Positions 37,321 to 49,300 of a stretch of 64,000 nt of DNA are shown here, piece after piece; position 1 is the stretch's first letter, and each line of letters opens with the position of its first letter. The notes under the pieces were generated by a model, which was not told the DNA's origin, did not search any database, and worked only from the letters and a program-made list of their open reading frames with translations. Where the stretch lies: IMG/VR virus record IMGVR_UViG_3300032242_002454, positions 1-64,000 of that record, one strand, 5' to 3'. Both the position numbers and the translations under genes were made by a program.

Positions 37321-40300
37321 TTAGAGTACTCCTTCTGTTTTTCTTGATAGGTTATTCATGGCCTTATCTACTTCTGTTACTATCATTCTTTGAATAGGCT
37401 CTTGCATATTAGCGAATACTGATGCTCCATTAATAACAACATCTACTCTGTGTGTGCCTTGTAGACTAACTTGTTCTGGTATCTTAATCTGTTCAAGTTG
37501 ACCAATAAATTTATTGAAGGTGTTAGTAAACTGGCTTAATCCATCCATATTTAGTGTATTTGAGCCATTATTATTAGATACACTATTTGTGGTTGTTGAG
37601 GATAGTTGTTTTTGATACTCTGAGAGTGTATTGACTGCTAATTGTAAGCTATTTGTGAACTGTTTTGTGGTCTGTGATAGGGTGGTAAATATTTGACCAA
37701 AATTAAATGTGCTACTACCAGTTACGGGTACTGAGCCTCCATCAGCAAGATAAACTGATCCACCACCACTCATATGGTTATTTCCATTATTTATTGATTG
37801 TAATAGTGGCAGATTTTGTTGGGTAGCTTGACGATTAACAACAAACTCTCCGGGTGTGAGCATGGCTGGGACAGTATCTGTTCCGCGAGGCTGGTAGTTT
37901 ACTAATGTTCCACGAGAAGCATATATCATGCCTCCATTAGCTTTATGTGTTGATGATAAAGATTTTTGTTTAAACTCTTCAAAAATACCATCAAGCATTC
38001 CAGGTTTTGATGTCTCTGGAGATAGAGGAGGTGTTTTAATTCCTGGTTTTCCTTGTCTAAATGCTGCTGCTGCTTGTTCCGCAGCAGACGGAGTATATGG
38101 AGCAGATAACTCTCCACCAAATCGTGCTATATTTCTTGTAAACGAAATAGTAGGTAGATTACGACCTATCTTGTCAGCGCCAGCACCAGCAACTACAGAC
38201 CCCAATAATGAAGCCTGCCAATGTTCTTCCATAGTATCGTTAATGTTTTTATTTAGTTCTGGAGCTAAAGCATTCAAATAATTTTCTTGAGCTTTATATA
38301 CTGCGGTCCCTGCTCCTAAACTAATAGCAAATCCACCAGGACCTGTGGTGGGTAAACCTAAAACTCCAGCACCCAAACCAGCTAAACCTGGAAGTATTGA
38401 TTTAGCGGCTCCGTATAAAGCAGCTTTGCCTTCTCCGGCCAACTTCTCACTGTCAAAATTAGTAATAGGTTGTTGGGGTAGCGTTGAAGTTGGACCCTTT
38501 CCATGACGATTCATCATAGGATTTAATGGTCTTGATGGATCGAATCCATCCTGAGCATAAATTACCCCACCCTTACTCTTAAATCTATCATCTAAAAGTC
38601 CCACATCCAACGCTTTATCTAGCTCATTTCTATTAGTAAATGATTCAATTAAAAATTGACTAATTTGTTCTTTGTTAGTTAATGTGTCTTGGACAGGAAA
38701 CCCACTACCAGTATATTCTATACCAGAAAGATGAGGTCGTGGACTATGATATTTAGAAGCCTTTATTCCTAATGCCGGAGCCATATTTGGATATCTTGCC
38801 GACATTTGTAAGTGAAAAGGTAGGTCTTGTATATCTACCTGTGTCGCTTGTTGAGCCACTTCTTTAGGAAATACGAACTCTGAGCCTCTCATAGCGCTAG
38901 CTTTTGTTAGAGGATGATCAGACATATTAGTATGTGATAGTCTATATTTCTCTGCTTCTCCTCTTGGTAATTGTAGTCTTTTAATAACCATGTCTTGAAG
39001 ACTATCTAATGGAGCATTATATTGTTCCCTTTGTGGTAAGGACTGTATGGTACCAGATCTTTTTGATAAATAAAATGATAATTGACTTGCTGCTTCTGTT
39101 TCATTCTCAGGAAAGAAATAACGACTTCTGTTCTCTCCAATTGAACCACCATCTCTAGCAGCCGCTTCCGTTAATCGTTGACTATATGTCGAGTTATCAA
39201 GTGTATCACTATTGCCAGAAGCTGCCTCCACACGAAGAAAAGTTATCATTTCTTTTAGATTGGTCGATGTTCCCACCATTTTTAATATAGCTTCTTCTCT
39301 TGGAGAAAGAGGCTTTTGTGCTGGAACTTGTGGTTTAGAAGACTGTAAATTTCCAGGAATAGCAGCACTAATCATGCTCTCTCTACCAGCCATTTTTAAT
39401 TCGTCAACAGTAAGTTTACCATCTAAAGCAGAAAAACCCAAGCTTAATCCACCACCAATACCTGCGGAAGCTGCTCTTTGACCAACGCTTCCCTTTAATA
39501 ATTCTGGTATGCGAGTAATATTTCCACCAGCTCTAGTAACTCCACCACCAATAGCTGATCCTCCCATAGAAGCCCATGGTCTTTCGTTCATTCTCTTATT
39601 CATGTACTCATTGAGTTCTGGAGCAAAAGCGTTTAAATAATTTTCTTGTGCGTGTGCGGCAGCAACTCCTGATGCAATACCTGTAACCGGGGCTGCTGGC
39701 CCACTAACTGCTCCTACGCCAGTTCCAACAAGAGTTGGTAAAACGCTCTTAGCTGCTCCATAAGCAAAAGATTCTGCTTGTAAACCAGCTTCTTGAGCAT
39801 AACCTAGTAATTGGTTTAAAAAACCTCCTGATTGAGCATAAATTATCCCACCCCTAGAGTAAGGCTTGCCTTGTTGATCATACTGGATACCAGCACCACC
39901 AAAACCAGGAGCTCTAGTATTTCTATCTCTATCTAGTGCCTGTTGTTGTCTTTCTTGAGCAGCTTCTGGGCTATTTTCTTGTTGTCTTCTTCTTTCCATT
40001 TCATTATCATAGGCATTCTGTCTATCATAAACTTCTTGATCATGCAGTGCTCCCCTTGTTTTGTGTTTAAACTCTCTAGTTGCCTGTTCTACTACTGCTT
40101 GATTTCTTTTATCTTGTTGAGCATTTCCGTGAGCTATTTTCTTTTGATCTGCTATTTTAGCCGCTAAACTAGGATAAGGTACAAAGCTCTCTGCTTTATT
40201 TCTTTTTGCTTCTTGAGATGCATTATAAGCTGTTCGTTTTTCAGCTGCTCTTTTATCTGCTAAACTACGGAAAGGAACAATACTTTCTACTTTTCTACCA

Positions 40301-43300
40301 TCTTGAGCATAAACTACTCCACCCTTACTAAATCCATAAGCTTTCATAATCTGTGATAATAATTCACTAGCTGCTGGATTATTTTTAAATGCATCAGTAC
40401 TTTCAGCTTGTATAAGATTAGTGAATATTTCTCTAGGATCTTTTCTCAAGTCTTCGGCAGTATAGAAGGTTCCTGTTGCTTTTTTTAATGCATCCCAACC
40501 TTTTGGATCTTTTAAGAATGTTTCAATATTTTCTTGTAATCTTGTTTTAGTATTGAACGTATTTTTAAATTGACCACTAGCATTTACCAATGCATGACCT
40601 AATTCATGATGTATTAGTTTTGGATCAACATATTTATCTCTGTAATGAATAGATCCTGTTTTGTCACCATACGCGAAATACTGTCCATCGTAGTTTGGAT
40701 TATCAACATCTCCTTGACCATGAAACTCAAGACCAAAGTTACGTCTAGCAAGATTACGAAGTTTCCTACTTCCAGCTGTCATTTTTCCAGGTTTATAGCC
40801 GGTGGTGTATTTGTCCAGTATTTCCACAAAGGATCGTTTATGAGCTTCAAGATTTTCAGGATCAGTAACATTAACAGCACCAGGAAATGGTTCATTACTT
40901 GATTTTCCGCTATCTGTAACAGGATTAGAATTTATACGCACTCCTGTTTTTCTCTCTATTCTATCGATTAATGTTCCATCTTGAGCATAAACTATACCAC
41001 CTTTATTAAAATGTGGAGCACCCGAATATTGACTTATTATTGTATTAACCTTGAGTAAGCGGATATATTCCTCAAAACCATGATCCTCTTGAGTTTTTAA
41101 AATATTATCTAATGTTTCATTATGTAATTGTATTATTCCTTCTTTCGCAGGTATGTTTAACCGAGTATTTTTATTAGACTTATATATTGCTTCTACATAA
41201 TTTCTTCTTTCGTGTAGATTTTTTATAACACTATCATATGCCTGTTGTTTGTTATCTTCTCCTATTTGTTTATTAATATATTTTTGAGCTTGATCTGCTT
41301 TTTCCTCGACATCTAAATCTTCATGAAGCATATCATTATTAAAAATATCATACATATTTTTGTTAGACAATATATCATGAGCTGCTTTTTTTCCAAGTAT
41401 ACTCTTAAAATCTTTGAGGGGATTTGGGTTCCCAGCAGCTGCTGCACCAGGAAGTCCTCCTCCTTTTTGAAGATAAACTGGTCCTCCCTTGCTCTTATTA
41501 ATAGCTTGCAATAAAGGTAGATTGCTACTAGTAGCTTGAGCATTAACAACAAATTCTCCCGGAGTAAGCATTGCTGGTACAGTATCAGTTCCTCGTGGCT
41601 GATAATTAATTAGTTTGCCATTTGAAGCATATACCATACCACCACTACTAAATACTCTAGAAGCTATTAGTAATTTGTTAGTATTTTTAACTAATGCTTG
41701 GCCGGTAGAATCCACCTTATCGAATCTTGCAGCATTAGATGTAGCAATAGACTGCGTATTGTTTAATAATTTAGGTATTTCTTTATCTTTAGTAGTTTTA
41801 GTAATATCAGAAACTTGTGATGAAACTGATAAATTATTTTTAGTATTATTAGCAATTTCTTGTTGTAGTCTAGAATTAAGATCTCTATCACGAATTTGTG
41901 ATGATGCTTGTGTGGGGCTTAATGATTTTGTTTCGCCTCCAGCTGCTCTATAAATTACTCCACCGTTACTCTTATTAAGAGCTTGTAATAAAGGAAGATG
42001 TTGGCTAGTAGCTTTAGCATTAACAACAAATTCGCCCGGTGTTAACATTGCAGGAACAGTATCAGTTCCTCGTGGCTGATAATTTACTAAGGCTCCTTCA
42101 GCAGCATAAATCATTCCACCATTACTGGCTCCTTGGGCAACTCTGAAAGCTGGATTGCCAGCAGCAACCCTAGGATATAATAATCCAACAGTATTATTAA
42201 TATTAAAAGCTGATAGTCTAGCAGCATTAGCAGCATCAGTATCTTGTGGGTTAATATAACCCATTTTAGTTAATTGTTTACTGATATTATTTCTTAGCAT
42301 GGCCTGTTGGGCAAGGTTCATGCTTTGTCCTCTTGCGGCCATCTTATCAATGCTAGTAAAGTTTCTTAATAACTTAGCAAAAGTTTTTCCTTGAGCTTTC
42401 TCTAATCTCTTTCTCTCAGCCATAGTAGCCACATCCGCACCATAATCACCAGACTTATTATATATACGAAATGCAGCTTGTTCAATCTGATCTTGACTCA
42501 TTCTTAATATAGAAATATCTCTATCACTATATTTATAGTTACCACCAACCGTTTGCTGACTCATGGTTTTAATGAGCGCTTCAGCTTGTTCTGGAGTAAA
42601 TGGACGGAAAAGATCTTGAGCAGCATCAGCTGACAATCCATACTTTGTCAAGAGTTTTTCATCTAGTCTGGGACTGCCACTTAGATTAAACTTTGCTCTA
42701 AGTTTAGATAAAGTTTGTTCTCTCCATCCCATGAAAGCTTCTGGACTTCTGAATTTATCGGGAGCACCCATACCAACAGCTTTACCTACCGCTAATTCCA
42801 AATTAAATCGTCTAGAATTTGCCCTATTAGATGCTAAAATTTGTGCTCTATTAGCTTCTCTCTCTTGTTTTTTCTCATAGTTTTTCCATAATCTATTTTG
42901 TTCAGCTATTGGGTAATTTTCAGCAGCTTTATTATTTAATACTATAATTTCTCTATTTTTAGCACTAAGTTGTCTTTCTAATCTTGCTTTTTCTGCTTTA
43001 TCATCATCGCTCATATTTTTAGGGTCTTTATATTTAAACCTATCTAAATCAGCTTCTATCTCTTTCTTTTCTTTTCCTAGTTTTTCTGTTTGTTTATAAA
43101 CATCAATTCTATCTCCATCAAAAGCAATCTTTCCAACTCCTGGTGGTAATGCTGGATGAGCAACTAAACTATTAGCTTCTGCTTGATTAGAGGCTTGTCT
43201 ATTTCTCTTATATGTTTCTTCTTCTTTTTGTCTCACTCTTTGACCAGTTGCACCAAGTCCATAAAAATCAGTCTGTCCATTAACAATATTTATTCTCATT

Positions 43301-46300
43301 CTACTACTGGTCGGCGCTTCATTTTCCGAGCCCATATTGCTAGCATCTATACTTTCTCCATTAACATTACCAAATATTGAAGAAGAAGCTCTATCAGCAA
43401 TTTTTCTCTGTTGTCTTCTTTGTTCTCTACCAGCTTTTGCTTTTTCATGTCTAGCATGAACTTTTTGAACTCTTTTTCTCTCTATTTCTTGTTGTGTTCG
43501 TTGTTCCATCATTTCTGTATAAGTTATTTGATCTTGAATAGCTCTATCATAATAGTTTTTATTTTCAGCTCCTTTAGTATTATTTCCTCTTGATACTCTA
43601 GTGTTACCATAAAGATAGCCAGGCACCAACGTAGAATCTTCAGAATTAAGAGCTTCTCTAGTAAGAATCATTTGTTGATTCAAAAAAGCTTCATCCATGA
43701 ATTTACCGGGCTGGTTTGCAACAGGTTTTGGAGCACCTCCATTTTGTATTCTTCTTCTTTCTCTTTCTAGTTCGGCTAATCTTTCAAGAGCTGATCTTTC
43801 TATAACATTAAATCTAGCTAAAGGATCTCTAAAAGGAATAACGGATGGTCCTCTTGGTCCTCTGGTTCTTAGTAATGCATTATTTACTCTATCTGTACTA
43901 TCAAAAGCCTCATGCTGTGCTTCTATTGCACTAGAAGCAGTATAACCAGCTTCCACCATAGTATTAATTGGTCTAGTAAAACCCTGCAAGGCTCCACCAA
44001 TCATAGAAGTTTCATTATGTCTGGTAGAGTCTACTCTATTTCTATGAAATGCTTCACGATCATAAAGAAATTCTCCACCAGTACGAATAGCATCTATACC
44101 AGTATTCAAAGCAATAGTACTAGCTGTTCCTGCTCTGGCGGTTGTAGCCATACTCCCCACAGTTGCATCGCCAGCAGCTGTTGCAAAAGTATGGCCAAAA
44201 CGAACACCAAATTCTCCTGTTGTGGTTAATAAATGAGCTGTTTTTTCATCTACCCCTGATGCAGAAAGAACAACTCCCGCACCCAGAGATGTCAAACTGC
44301 CAGCATTATTAGCAGAAAATCCACGAGCACCATTCGCTAATCCAGACCCAAGATTTCTAGCGCCAGATCTTGTACCAGATAAAAATCCTTTAGTTCTTTC
44401 ATATATACTTCCAGCTGTTTCTCTAGCTCTGGTTAAAAATGAAGGCTTGGTGTCTGGTAAGTCTGGTTTAAATGTTGTTTTTGGCTTGGGTGTTGTTGAC
44501 GACTGAGATGGTAATGGTTTTCTACCATCTCTACGATCAATAGCATCTCCTACTTCTTGAATATATGGTTCAAACATGGGATCAAGAATACCTGATGTAT
44601 AACCTTGACGATGAGCGGAACTAATTGCATTCTTCCACTCTTTCAAAGTTCTAGGGTTTGAAAGAGTAGGATCAGATTCTCTGGCTATTAAAAATCTAAA
44701 TAAAGGATGTCCAGGTCTAACATTAATACCAACATGATGTACCGGATTAGTAGTACCACCAGCCAAATAAACCACCCCACCCTTAGCATAGTTGCCAGAA
44801 TTAATACTCTTTAAAAGAGGCAAATTGCGCTGTGTAGCTGATCTATTAACTACAAATTCACCAGGAGTTAACATAGCAGGAACAGTGTCAGTTCCTCTTG
44901 GCTCATAATTAACTAAAGTTCCACTAGCAGCATAAACTGGACCACCTTGTGCTCTAGTCATAACATTGCCCGGTCTGGCTAATCCTAATCCTTCATTACG
45001 ACCTTGAGCATTATTAAAAGCATTGGTCAAATTAGTTAAAGCTGTAATTAAAGCTGTATTAGCAGTATTAAGTATTTGAGCTTGTTTTTCTAATAGTGGG
45101 TTAATAGCCTTTTGAGTAGCTTCGCCCAAAGCTGCCTGTTGTTGTTTGTATAGATTCTCTAATGCTTTGATTTGTGGATCTTCTTTTGGTGCAGCTCTTA
45201 GGTTTGCGATAATGTCTCTTAAAAAAGGATTATTCTCAACATTAAGTCCTTGATTCCTGGCTGTATTTTGTATTAGATCAGCTCTTAAATTATTGGCTTT
45301 TTGTTTATCAGTAACATCTAAACCGGAAACTTGAATAAGCTCATTAAATAAACTAAAACTATTTTTAGCTTCACTAGCAAAGGCTTCTTGAGCAGCTCCA
45401 ACGGCCTCCATATGCGTACCACCATCTTGGATAACTTTTTGATAAGCTTGTTGGGAAGAAACAGATTGGTTGATTGTGGTTATTTGACCATTTAATGTTC
45501 TATTAAGAAGGTCATAGGTGGAATTGAGATTTTTTAATTCTGTGGGGGTGCTTGTTACTAATTTTTCTCCAAAAGAAGCGCCGACCTGAGTTTTATTCTC
45601 TTTTTCTCCTCTAAGTTGTTCAATTTTAGCTTTAGTATTCTCCATATCTTTTCTAATAAGATCTGGTAAAGTTTCTAATCCTTTTTCAGTAGCAGCAATT
45701 TGTCTATTTAAACCAGCAAGAGCTTCTTTTTGTTTGTTAATAAGAGATATAACAGCAGGATCTGCCGCATTGCCTGAATTTTCTAGTTTACTAATATTAC
45801 CTTGAACAGCAGCCTGCTGACCCATCAATAAGGTTCTTTGGTTAGTTAAATTAGCAGCTGTTAAAGAACCAGGTTTTACTCCAGCATTTATGGCTGATTC
45901 TGTATATGCTCCTGATGCTCTTTCTTTAAGAGAAATATTTCGTCCTTCTCCCAAAGCTTCTTTGAGTGCAACATTACTATCTGCTATATATCCTTGTAAA
46001 TTAGCAAATTTACCAATAGCTTGAGTTTGAAGTTCAGCTGCTTTTTGTACAGCTTCTCCGTATTGATTTAATCCTTTTTCTATAAATTCATACTGACCCA
46101 ACATTGTATTGAAGGATTTTTTCTGAGAGTCAATTAATTGCTTAAGTCCACCAGTACTCTCTATCAAAGCTTGAGGATCTAATACTCCGTTATTCTTTTT
46201 AACATTCTCTTGAACAGCATCTTTTAATTCGGTGCGAATAGCATCAGAAACCCTATTATCTCCAAAGGTATCTATAAGTTGTTGAGTTAATTCTCTGGTG

Positions 46301-49300
46301 ATGTTTTCTCCTAGAACTTCACCACTAGCACCAGTCTGTTGTGCTTGAACAGCAATCTTAGTAATAGTATCTTCAGCTGAGGAACCAAATTTTGATAATC
46401 CTTCAACAAACTTCTTATCCGTACCAAACATACCGCTAACTTGACTAATTGCTGTTTGACGTTCTTTTTGTGAATAAGCATTAGGATTTTTTAATACGTC
46501 TTTAGACTTAAATTCTGTTTTTAGCGAAGCTTGACCACTTGCTATCTCATCAATTCTTTGACTAGCCTTATCTAGTCCCATAGTAGCTGCTGCAATAGCC
46601 TGATCCATGTTATCAAAAGTTTTAGAAATACTGACAGATGCAAGATTTAATGTTCGTGCAGATTGCTGTAAAGCTTTTACTCTGGATCTTTCTGCAACAG
46701 TAGCTTGTAGTGTTGCTGTTTCTTCTTTAAAATAGGTATTAACTAATTCTTTTTGTCTCTTCTCTATATCTGCTATGATCTGTGGATCTTGACCCGGTGT
46801 TTTCTTAATATTCTCTAGTCTTTGGTTTTCAGTATTAAACTTTTTATTTGTTTGAGCAATATTCAATTTTGCTAAGTCTTGATCTCCACCAAAAGAAGCT
46901 AAAGCTTCTTGAATATTTGATCCACTCTCAACCTTAGTACTTATTGTTTTAAGAGCTATCTCTCCAGCTACTTTTTGATTAGCAGTTTCTTCTTCTCCAA
47001 TTTGTTCATTTGTTGGTCTAGCAGCTTTATAGAAACCAAAAGAAGCCTTTTCTAGACCGCGAGTAAGCATACTAGGCTGACGTAGCTCTGCTTGTTTTGC
47101 TGATATTTTTTCTTCTTCAGCAGCAATACTCTTAAAATTTTGAATAATTGACGATGTAAGAGCAGCATCTTTTGGATTTTTATTAAGTTTTTCTAACTGA
47201 GCTTCCGCATTTGTTGCACTACCTTCTATTTTCTTTTTGCTAAGATCTATATCAGCTTCTGCAACTGCCTTTTTAAAACTATCCATAGCGAGAACTAAAC
47301 CAACAAATGCTCCAGTAGCTGCTCCTATGGGACCAAATTGCGCCCCAACAGATACGGCTCCACCAAAAGCTGTTCCAAAAGCGGCAGCACCTCTACCATT
47401 ACTTCCACCAACCATTGATCCTACCGCTTCTGCTGCCATAGGAGCAGCAAATGCTAATCCCAAACCTCTATTCATCCAAGCTGCTCTATTATCTCTCTTA
47501 GCCTGATATCTATTTCTATCGACATCAGACATATTAGCTATTTCATCTTCTGATGGTCCCATTATTCGACTTCTAATTGAACCCAATCCTCTGGATGCTC
47601 CTTGAAATGCTCTGGAAAGAGTAGGAAAGCTTTGTGCTAGCCTACTCTGAGATTGAGTATTTGTTTGAACAGCCTTATACAAACCTCCCCATGCGTCTGC
47701 TACTTTTCTTTCTGCTGCGGCCTTGGCCATAGAAACACTGACACTACTATCTGTTGCTCTAATTTGTCTAGTAAGAGATACTACCTGTTTACGTTGAGCA
47801 TCAGCTACAGCCTTAGCGGCATTTTGATCTCCTAAATCAGCTGCTTGTCTAGTACCAAGACTAACTCCTCCAATTACTTGATCTTCTGCTGCTCTATGAG
47901 CCGTATCAAAATCAACAGTAGGATTAGCTGCGGCTATCTGACCTACAATTTTAGCTAATAAATCATCTACTGCTTTTTCAGCTTGTGCCGATACTGCATC
48001 AAAACTTGATACTGCTTCATATGTTTTACCACCATCAGAAAATCCTTTTACTCTGCGAACAGCACCACCAGAACGATAACCTAAAGCTTTTGTTGCAGCT
48101 TCACGCAGAATAAAGCTGCCTACTGGTAAGTCTATTGGTCCAATACTATCGCTAGTACCTGTTCCCGAACCTTTAAAAACACTAATGCCTCCACTAGAAA
48201 ATGAGCTCATTCCGTTACGATCTGCTTGATTCATTCGGTTAAGTGTGCCATATCCTATTGCTTTTGCTGTTTCTGGTGGAATATAAGCCTCACCATTAGA
48301 AACCATAGCCTGAACATGTCCACCATCAGCTTTTTTAATGGGAGCTACTAATCTTGTTCCTCTAGTTATTTCTTTTTCTTCTAATAAAAGTTGACCGCTA
48401 ATCTTAGAAGCCATTGATTTATTTGTCGCAACATCATCGCTAGCTTTAGCATCCACATATTGCATACCGAGCTTATTGAACAAAGACCCGGCATCTCCAA
48501 GATAGTTTGGAAAATCGAAAGGTCTATTGGGATCAGGACTGGAATCGAAAGATCCCTTATTTCTCATAGCTCCTAAAATTTCTTCAAAAAAAGCACCCTT
48601 AGCTCCAGGATTAATACCTGCTAAAAATTTATCTTTCATTCCTTCTGTTACTGCTGGTTTAGGCAGACTACTAAATCCTGGTTTAGTAAATAATGTAGAT
48701 ACAGCACCATTAATTCCATCAAATAGACCTTGTCCGATTGCTTCATTAAAGTAATCTTTAGCTGGATCTGATAATCCTTGTTTAGTTAATACATACGGCG
48801 CTTTTCCTCTAGTATTATCTAGTACTTCTTTGGTATCTTTTTTGTATTTAGTAGGGGTTGCTGATAGTATATCTGTTGTGGTAATTAGACTCTTTTTCCC
48901 TTGGGATAATTTAGAAGATAAAATAGCAAAACCAACACTACTATCTTTAACTAAATTTCCAACACCTTTTAATCCTTTAAAAGATTCAGCTTTGTCTATT
49001 TTTTTAGATAGTGCGTTCTTTTTTTCTCCTACTTTTGAGGTATATTTCGCTATAATAGAATCTTTAATCTGTTGCTGTTCTAAACTTAAGTTTCTTGATT
49101 TTAATATTTTATATTCTTCTGAAGTAGCGCTAATACCCAGTCCTCTAGCAATTTCTGTCATTGAAGCTGGTTTTCCTTTATCTCCTCCTATAGAGAATGT
49201 TCTCATCTTCATAGATTCAATTCTGGATAACATCTTGCCTGTTCTTCTTCCTAACTTACCAGTTAAGTGATCTCTTTCTTCTCTTAAACTCTCCATTCTA

